Source: Methanococcus maripaludis
GTDB taxonomy: Archaea; AGJL01; Methanococci; Methanococcales; Methanococcaceae
Reading direction: 5' to 3'
NCBI RefSeq assembly: GCF_002945325.1
Contig: NZ_CP026606.1
Coordinates: 1,320,001 to 1,352,000 of the forward strand
DNA: 32,000 nt
The translations under genes and the position numbers were made by a program. Shown piece by piece: positions 21,195 through 32,000 of this stretch. Below the pieces are notes generated by a model. The model was not told the origin of the DNA, searched no databases, and saw only the letters and a list, made by a program, of their open reading frames with translations. Every line of letters starts with the position of its first letter. The stretch's first letter is position 1.

Positions 21195-21409
21195 ATTAGA
21201 CCTCCTTCTCATTATATTCTCCAGAGGGTTTTCCTATGCAATTTGGAAATTAATGTCCCTATGAATATACGAACTAGTTAATAGTTACATGTTATTTTTA
21301 TACCTTTGCATCAACCAAAAACTCTCTAATTATAATTAACGGATCGAAGTGAGTGTTATAAACGGTATAAAAAAACGATTATCTTAAAAATAATTAAAAA
21401 AGTATTAAA

Positions 21410-25283
<3,874 letters not shown>

Positions 25284-25333
25284 ATGTTTCACCGTGGTTT
25301 TAGACCTTTTTAATAAAAAATAAATAATTTAAG

Positions 25334-27178
25334 TTATGCTCTGTCTTTTAATTCTAATTTTGGATCGATTCCCATACTTTTAAGCTCATCCAACAATAAT
25401 TTGAATGCATAAGCAATTTTTACAGGTGGAATCTTTCTGTTATCTTGAATGTCTTCTGATTCACCACAAACTGGACAGAATTTCATGCCTCTCTTGTAAT
25501 CGAAGATTGCAATTTCACCACATTTAGCACAGACGTAGTCTTCGTGAGGGTCTGATTCATCGAGAAGTCTTTCCTTAAGGAGCATTGCAGCACCGTGGGC
25601 AACTAACACATCTCTTTCCATTTCCCCAAACCTAAGACCTCCTTCTCTTGCCCTACCTTCTGTAGGCTGTCTTGTAAGAACTTGGATTGGTCCTCTGCTT
25701 CTTGCGTGGATTTTTCCAGCAACCAAGTGGTGTAATTTCTGGTAGTATGCAACTCCAACGAAAATATCGCACTCTAATTTTCTACCGGATTTTCCATCAT
25801 ACATTGCTTCTTTTGCATGGTGTTCAAAGCCGTATTTTTCAAGGCCTTCTCTTAATTTCCATTCGCTTTCGCCGCTGAAAATTGTTCCGTCGATTCTTCT
25901 GCATTCCAATGAACCAACTTTACCACCAATCATTTCAAGAACCTGTCCGATAGTCATCCTTGAAGGGATCGCGTGCGGGTTGATAATTAAATCAGGAATT
26001 ACTCCATCTTCAGTATAGGGTAAGTCTTCTTGTGGAACAATGAGTCCAATAACCCCTTTCTGACCGTGTCTTGATGCAAATTTGTCACCAAACTCAGGAA
26101 TTCTTAAATCTCTAACTCTAACTTTTCCAAGTCTGTTTCCTTCTTTTGTTTCACTCAAAATTACGAGGTCAACGATTCCTTCTTCGCCATGTCGAATCGT
26201 AACTGAAGTGTCTCTTCTCTGTGATTTTGTTTGAAGGGTGATTTCCTGTTCTTCTAAAAATCTTGGAGGTGACGTTTTTCCTAAAATTACATCTCCCGAT
26301 TTTACTGAGGATTCAAGGTCGATTAAACCATCGTCACCTAAGTTTCTGTAGGCTTCTTCAGCTCTGTAACCCCTAACTCCTTTTTCAGGAACTTCGAATT
26401 TATCGAGTTGTCCTCCAGGGTATCTTTTTTCAAAGCTTTCGTAGCTTCTAAAGAATGAACTTCTACCAAGACCTCTTTCAAGAGATGCTTTGTTGATAAT
26501 GAACGCATCCTCCATGTTATAGCCTTCGTAACTCATAACTGCTACAACGAAGTTCTGTCCAGCAGGTCTTTTATCAAATCCTAAGATTTCCTGGTGTTTT
26601 GTTCTTACAAGTGGAACTTGGGGGTAGTGGAGTAAGTGTCCTCTTGTATCCATTCTCCATTTTATGTTTGCCATGGGAATTCCAAGTGACTGTTTACTCA
26701 TCGCAGCAGCCATTGTAATCCTTGGAGCTGAATTGTGTTCTGGATATGGGGCAACACCTGCACCGATACCTAAAATAACAAGAGGGTCAATTTCAACGTG
26801 CGTGTTTTCCTCGGTTATTTCATCTTCATACATCGCAATTCTTGCGTTTTCTTCTTCTTCAGCATCTAAATATTCAATAATTCCTGAATTTACTAAATCT
26901 AAAAAAGTTAATTCTTTAGATTCCATTTTTTCGAGTATTTCTTCTGTTACTTTTGAAGCACCGTTTTCAACAACAATCAATGGTCTTACAGCCCTTCCAC
27001 CATCGGTTGAAATGTGGACATCGTTACTTTCTTCATTGAACGAAATTGACGTGCTTGGCGATAATTTTCCACTTCTTCTGTTTTCCCTTAAGTTTTTAAC
27101 AAGTGTTTCAGGGTCTTGTGTGGTATCGATCAATTTCCCGTTAACATATACATTTGTCTGCTTTTCCAAGGTATCCAC
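25334..27178 (-). CDS. rpoB1: DNA-directed RNA polymerase subunit B' (Rpo2C)
   Basis: 614 aa ORF; [40 protein letters not shown]-terminal zinc motif CAKCGEIA...CPVCGE. Confidence 0.97.
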   Translation of the reverse strand: MDTLEKQTNVYVNGKLIDTTQDPETLVKNLRENRRSGKLSPSTSISFNEESNDVHISTDGGRAVRPLIVVENGASKVTEEILEKMESKELTFLDLVNSGIIEYLDAEEEENARIAMYEDEITEENTHVEIDPLVILGIGAGVAPYPEHNSAPRITMAAAMSKQSLGIPMANIKWRMDTRGHLLHYPQVPLVRTKHQEILGFDKRPAGQNFVVAVMSYEGYNMEDAFIINKASLERGLGRSSFFRSYESFEKRYPGGQLDKFEVPEKGVRGYRAEEAYRNLGDDGLIDLESSVKSGDVILGKTSPPRFLEEQEITLQTKSQRRDTSVTIRHGEEGIVDLVILSETKEGNRLGKVRVRDLRIPEFGDKFASRHGQKGVIGLIVPQEDLPYTEDGVIPDLIINPHAIPSRMTIGQVLEMIGGKVGSLECRRIDGTIFSGESEWKLREGLEKYGFEHHAKEAMYDGKSGRKLECDIFVGVAYYQKLHHLVAGKIHARSRGPIQVLTRQPTEGRAREGGLRFGEMERDVLVAHGAAMLLKERLLDESDPHEDYVCAKCGEIAIFDYKRGMKFCPVCGESEDIQDNRKIPPVKIAYAFKLLLDELKSMGIDPKLELKDRA

Positions 27179-27212
27179 CTTCTTAATTGACTAAATTCGA
27201 TCAATATTAAAT

Positions 27213-28712
27213 TTAGTTTTCCTTTGTGAGCCCGAGTTCTTTTAATAATTCGATTACGCTATCGTCGCCTTCGTCAGTAGTTACTTTGCACATTACAGCA
27301 AGGTTTTTTACCAGACCACAGTTTGGACCTTCTGGTGTTTCGGATGGACATATTTTACCCCATTGGGTTGCGTGCAAGTCTCTCGCTTCGAAGTGAGGCT
27401 GTGATCTTGAAAGTGGAGATACAACTCTTCTTAATTGCGATACTGTTGCAAGGTAACTGGTTCTATCGAGAAGCTGGGATACCCCTGTTCTTCCACCTAC
27501 CCAGTTTCCAGTAGCCATTGCATGTCTCATTCTTTCAGTTAAAACATCGCTTCTAACTGCAGCTTGAATTGAAGGCTCTTTGTTTCTAATTGCCTGTCTT
27601 TCGAGCTGGTATTTGATATCTTTAATTAACTGGTTGAATGAATGTCTGAATAAGTCTTCCATTAAGTCTCCAGCTAATTTTAATCTTTTATTTGAATAAT
27701 GGTCCTTATCATCTTCAACCCTTAATCCTAAGTAAAGTTCGATTGAATTTTTAGCCATTCTTCCAAGATATTTACATTTAGCGCCTAATTTTTCAGATTC
27801 TACGCCCATGTGTGGCAATAGGTAGTTACAAAGAATTGTTTCTGCTCTTTTTAACTTGTACTCTTTAGGCTGTCCTGGAGCTACTCTTTTTCCAATATGT
27901 TCGAGTGCATCTTCAGTCGTGTTTATTGCATGCTCTTCTCTTGCTTCCTGTAAGTTTGCAATTAACTGCATGACAACTGTTGGTTCGTCCGAAATTAATT
28001 CGATAATTTCTCTATCTGATTCTGCACCGAGTGCTCTCATTAATATAACTAATGGAATTGTGCTAGGCATTCCTGGGAATGAAACATTTAATAATCCATC
28101 AGGATTTCTTTCAACAGTACAAAGTGCCCTAAATCCATGTCTGGTTGAAAATACTTTTGCGATATCTACAACTTTGTTGTTTTTTTCTACCTTTTCACAT
28201 ATAATTCTGTTAGGAATAAGGTCTTCTTGAGCAACAACTGCTTTTTCTGAACCATTAACAATAAAATAACCTAAAGGATCTTGTGTATCTTCGCCGTATT
28301 TTATCAATTCTTCTGCAGATTTTCCGCACAAATGGCAGATTTCTGAACCAAGCATTACTGGAAGTTCTCCAATGTAAACTTCAACAGGGGATAATACTTT
28401 TTCTTCTTCACCTTCACCGACAGTTGGTATCATTTCAAGGTAAAGCGGTGCAGAGTATGCAAGGTTTCTGATTCTTGCTTCCATAGGTGTTATTGGTTTT
28501 ACAGAACCGTCAGCTTCCTTATTTATTGGTTTTGTAACTCTCACGTTTCCAAAGGATACTTTGTATCCTCCTTTAATTTCTGTTTCAACACCAGTTACCT
28601 CATCAATGATTCGTTGAATTTTATTCTTAACAAAATCATCGTAGGAATCGATGTGGTGTTTTACTAAACTGTTTTCTTTAAAAAATGCATCAACAACGAC
28701 ACGGGATTCCAT
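27213..28712 (-). CDS. rpoB2: DNA-directed RNA polymerase subunit B'' (Rpo2N)
   Basis: 499 aa ORF; [58 protein letters not shown]. Confidence 0.97.
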   Translation of the reverse strand: [499 protein letters not shown]

Positions 28713-28793
28713 GATTTTCCCCCATAGATTTTAGATAAAGGACTAATAGCTTATTTTAAATTTTAAAAATATTTAGCAGGTATTAACCAGCAG

Positions 28794-29030
28794 TTAGAGT
28801 GAAGTTGCTATTACTAATCTGTAATAGGTAGATTCGCCTGCGGTAGGGCTCATTCTGGTTATTTTTACAACGTCTCCAGGTGTTGCTCCAATTTCAAGCA
28901 CGAGGGGATCGGTATCGAGCAATTTTGGGAATTGCTGCATTTTTATACTGTATTTTTCGAGTAAAAGGGGTATTTCTTCTCTTGGAATAATCTCATGTGT
29001 CGGAACCATTTCATGTGACGATATTTTCAC
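28794..29030 (-). CDS. rpoH: DNA-directed RNA polymerase subunit H (Rpo5)
   Basis: 78 aa ORF; [54 protein letters not shown]. Confidence 0.95.
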   Translation of the reverse strand: MKISSHEMVPTHEIIPREEIPLLLEKYSIKMQQFPKLLDTDPLVLEIGATPGDVVKITRMSPTAGESTYYRLVIATSL

Positions 29031-29283
29031 AATTTGGCCTCCATTTGTTTAAAATAGTTATAAAAATAAACTTATGCGTATAATATTAATATCATGAAAA
29101 ATAGTGGTAACTCATATATATTATTTTCTATCTTTAAATACATTTCTAAATTGTTTCAAGTTAACAAAATAATGATATGGTTATATAATATGGGGTATAT
29201 ATACTATAGAACTAACCCAATGGATTTATTGTCCAGATATTATACATTCACTGCTTTAAATATATAAAATTAAGGTTGATATT

Positions 29284-30825
29284 TTGAAAACCGTTCACGA
29301 AATTAACGAGAAGATACGAAATGGCGATGCAGTTGTAGTCACTGCAGAAGAGATGATCGATATAGTCGACGAACTGGGTGCAGAAAAAGCGGCAGTTGAA
29401 ATAGATGTAGTTACAACAGGTACATTTGGAGCAATGTGTTCAAGCGGAGCATTTTTAAATTTTGGACACTCTGATCCGCCAATAAAAATGTGTAAAACAT
29501 ATTTGAATGGTGTGGAAGCATATTCGGGAATTGCAGCAGTTGATGCTTATTTAGGGGCTACTCAAACGAATAGTGATGATGATATTGATATATCATATGG
29601 GGGTTCCCACGTTCTTGAAGATCTTGTCGCAGGGAAAGAAATTGAACTTGTAGCGGAAGGATACACTACTGACTGCTACCCTAGAAAAAAAGTAGAAACA
29701 ACAATAACAATCGATGATTTAAATCAGGCAATCTTAGTAAATCCAAGAAACTGCTACCAATCTTACAACGGTGCTACAAACAGCACCGAAGAAAAGATAT
29801 ACACTTACATGGGTGCACTTCTCCCAGAATTTGGAAATCTAAATTATTCCGGTGCAGGTCAACTAAATCCACTGCAAAACGATTTCAATAAAGAAACAAA
29901 AACTTATAACACCTTAGGAATGGGTACAAGAATCTTCTTAGGTGGTGCACAAGGTTATATTGCAGGTTCAGGAACCCAGCACAGTCCAAATGGTGGATTT
30001 GGAACCTTGATGGTTCAAGGAGACCTAAAAGAAATGAGTACTAAATATTTAAGAGGAGCAACGATTCCAAAATACGGAAGTACGCTTTACATGGGGATCG
30101 GAATTCCAATTCCAGTATTAAACGCAGAAATTGCAAAAACCTGTGCAATAAAAGATGAAGATATTGCAATACCCATATTGGATTACGGAATTCCAAGAAG
30201 GGATAAGCCCGAGTTAGGCGTTACAAACTATAAAGATGCAAGATCTGGAAAAGTAACGATTGAAGTCGAAATCGAAGGCAAAAAAGTAGATAAATGCATG
30301 AGATCTGCATCAGTTTCAAGTTATAAAGTTTCAAGGGAAATTTCAAAAGAACTTAAAAACTGGATTTCAAATAGCGAATTTATGTTAACCGAAAGACTTG
30401 AACCTTTAAAAAGTGCAGCTCCAAAACCAATGAAAGCAAAAATGAAACTTGTAAAAGATATATTGAGCAGACCTGTAGTTGTAGGAAGCTTAAATACTTC
30501 AATTACAGAAGCTTCAAGAGTTTTGATTGAAAATAATATAAATCATTTGCCAATTGTGGATGAAAACGGCAAACTTTCAGGAATAATTACGTCATGGGAT
30601 ATTGCAAAGGCAATGGCGCAGGATAAACATTCAATTTCTGAAATCATGACTACATATATAGTATCTGCAACACCAGATGAAACTATAGATATGGCAGCAA
30701 GAAAAATGAGCAGAAACAATATTTCAGGACTTCCTGTTGTCGATTCAAACAACAAGGTTCTTGGAGTGGTTTCAGCTGAAGATATCTCAAAACTTATCGG
30801 GAGAAATGGACTTCATAAAATTTAA
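29284..30825 (+). CDS. COG1900/DUF39 homocysteine biosynthesis protein with C-terminal CBS domains (putative L-aspartate semialdehyde sulfurtransferase)
   Basis: 513 aa ORF; N-terminal KTVHEINEKIRNGDAVVVTAEEMIDIVDELG, CSSGAFLNFGHSDPPIKM, two CBS repeats (VVGSLNTSITEASRVLIENNINHLPIVDENGKLSGIITSWD; IVSATPDETIDMAARKMSRNNISGLPVVDSNNKVLGVVSAED). Confidence 0.88.
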   Translation: MKTVHEINEKIRNGDAVVVTAEEMIDIVDELGAEKAAVEIDVVTTGTFGAMCSSGAFLNFGHSDPPIKMCKTYLNGVEAYSGIAAVDAYLGATQTNSDDDIDISYGGSHVLEDLVAGKEIELVAEGYTTDCYPRKKVETTITIDDLNQAILVNPRNCYQSYNGATNSTEEKIYTYMGALLPEFGNLNYSGAGQLNPLQNDFNKETKTYNTLGMGTRIFLGGAQGYIAGSGTQHSPNGGFGTLMVQGDLKEMSTKYLRGATIPKYGSTLYMGIGIPIPVLNAEIAKTCAIKDEDIAIPILDYGIPRRDKPELGVTNYKDARSGKVTIEVEIEGKKVDKCMRSASVSSYKVSREISKELKNWISNSEFMLTERLEPLKSAAPKPMKAKMKLVKDILSRPVVVGSLNTSITEASRVLIENNINHLPIVDENGKLSGIITSWDIAKAMAQDKHSISEIMTTYIVSATPDETIDMAARKMSRNNISGLPVVDSNNKVLGVVSAEDISKLIGRNGLHKI

Positions 30826-30838
30826 TCTGGTGATTTAA

Positions 30839-31237
30839 GTGAAAAAGAGAGTATTTTACTGGATATCTGGAAGCAACGTAAGAGAACCGGTAGTTTCAAA
30901 CGTGGTTTTAGAAACCGGTGTAATGGTAAATATTTTAAAGGCAAAAATGGAACCAAGGGAAGGATTTTTAATTCTCGAATTAACTGGCGATGAAGGGCAG
31001 ATTGAAAAATCTATCGAAATACTGAAAAAATTCGGGGAAGTGGAAGATATTCCAAAAATCATCCAAAAAGATGATGAAAAATGCATTGATTGTGGTGCAT
31101 GTGTCGTTCACTGCCCTGTTGGTGCGCTTTCAGTTGACGAAGAATTTAAAATACTGCTCGACGAAGATGAATGCATTGGATGTAAAAACTGTGCAAAAAT
31201 ATGCCCTGTAAATGCAATTAAAATATTTGAAATCTAA
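30839..31237 (+). CDS. NIL domain plus 4Fe-4S ferredoxin protein, partner of the COG1900 sulfurtransferase
   Basis: 132 aa ORF; N-terminal NIL-like region and CIDCGACVVHCPVGAL / CIGCKNCAKICPVNAI clusters; 13 nt after the COG1900 gene. Confidence 0.88.
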   Translation: MKKRVFYWISGSNVREPVVSNVVLETGVMVNILKAKMEPREGFLILELTGDEGQIEKSIEILKKFGEVEDIPKIIQKDDEKCIDCGACVVHCPVGALSVDEEFKILLDEDECIGCKNCAKICPVNAIKIFEI

Positions 31238-31281
31238 TATTTCAATTAAATTTAATTTTTTACTGTTTTTTAGGTGATTTA

Positions 31282-31536
31282 ATGGATTTAACAATAAAAT
31301 TCTTTGCAAAATGCAGGGAAGATTTTGGCGAAGGTTTAAAAATATCAATAGATCTAAATGAAGTATCTGTTTTAGAATTGATTGAAATTTTAGAAAAAGA
31401 CTACAATTTACAATTAAAAGAAGATTTTGAAAATGGGCGAATAATTGTTTCAAAAGACTTTGAAATTGTTTCTTCAAACGATATAATAAATAAAAACAGT
31501 GAAATTGGAATATACCCTCCAGTTTCAGGCGGATAA
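31282..31536 (+). CDS. MoaD/ThiS/SAMP-like beta-grasp sulfur carrier protein ending in Gly-Gly
   Basis: 84 aa ORF; MDLTIKFFAKCREDFGEG...LNEVSVLELIEILEKDY...IGIYPPVSGG-stop; SD AGGTGAT. Confidence 0.85.
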   Translation: MDLTIKFFAKCREDFGEGLKISIDLNEVSVLELIEILEKDYNLQLKEDFENGRIIVSKDFEIVSSNDIINKNSEIGIYPPVSGG

Positions 31537-31551
31537 ATTTACGTGATTACT

Positions 31552-32000
31552 ATGAAATGCAGAAAATGTGGTAAACCTCCAGTATATCATCAAAAACACT
31601 CTGGAAATAATTATTGTAAAGAGTGTTTCATAAAAGAAACTAAAAGAAAAGTTAGAAAGACTCTTGGAAGGGATGTTCTTAAAAATAACATAAAAGTTGC
31701 AATGGGCCTCAGTGGTGGAAAAGACAGCCTTGTAATGGCTTATCTTTTAAATGAATATTATAAACAGATTCCAAATTCTAATTTAATTGCAATAATGGTT
31801 AATGAGGGAATAGAAGGCTATAGAACTGATGGAATTGATGCAGCAGTAAAATTTTGCGAAGAATATGGCATTGAATACAAAATTGTTCACTTTAAAGATT
31901 ACCTTGGAACCAATCTTGATGAAATTGTAAAAATCGCAAAAGAAAAAAATCTTACAATGAATCCGTGTTCTTTTTGCGGAGTAATTAGGAGAAAAATCTT
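31552..32000 (+). CDS. Ncs6/TtuA-like PP-loop ATPase (tRNA 2-thiouridine synthesis), truncated by window edge
   Basis: Reads MKCRKCGKPPVYHQKHSGNNYCKECFIKETKRKV...IKVAMGLSGGKDSLVMAYLL...MNPCSFCGVIRRKI; N-terminal CxxC Zn fingers, SGGKDS PP-loop, CxxC cluster ligands. Not in the ORF track because it is open at the 3' end. Confidence 0.88.
   Translation, partial: MKCRKCGKPPVYHQKHSGNNYCKECFIKETKRKVRKTLGRDVLKNNIKVAMGLSGGKDSLVMAYLLNEYYKQIPNSNLIAIMVNEGIEGYRTDGIDAAVKFCEEYGIEYKIVHFKDYLGTNLDEIVKIAKEKNLTMNPCSFCGVIRRKI

Noticed and set aside
31130-31477. 115 aa minus-strand ORF
   Set aside because: Overlaps the antisense strand of the NIL-ferredoxin and MoaD-like genes and is low-complexity (L/F/N-rich).

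Overview
This window looks like a conserved housekeeping and energy-metabolism segment of a Methanococcus chromosome (close to M. maripaludis, judged from gene content and order). Three parts stand out. (1) A minus-strand F420-reducing hydrogenase operon, fruA-fruD-fruG-fruB. The ORF track truncates fruA at an in-frame TGA that reads naturally as selenocysteine in a C-terminal UxxCxxH motif, and a SECIS-like hairpin lies just after the real TAA. (2) A long minus-strand information-processing cluster: rpoH-rpoB2-rpoB1-rpoA1-rpoA2-L30e-nusA-S12-S7-EF2-EF1a-S10. (3) A plus-strand sulfur-trafficking cluster: COG1900/CBS sulfurtransferase, NIL-ferredoxin, a MoaD/SAMP-like protein ending in GG, and an Ncs6/TtuA-like PP-loop protein that is cut by the window edge. 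The remainder includes a MEMO1-family protein, a DUF389 membrane protein, a beta-CASP nuclease, an amidohydrolase, an archaeal thymidylate synthase-like protein, transglutaminase-like and PspC proteins, TrmI, RNase HII, PurP and a phosphohexomutase. I found no CRISPR array, mobile element, defence island, rRNA or tRNA that I can support, and no convincing unknown system. The observations most worth checking are the recoded fruA with its SECIS, a frameshift-like C-terminal extension of RpoA1 that overlaps rpoA2, and the sulfur-relay cluster.
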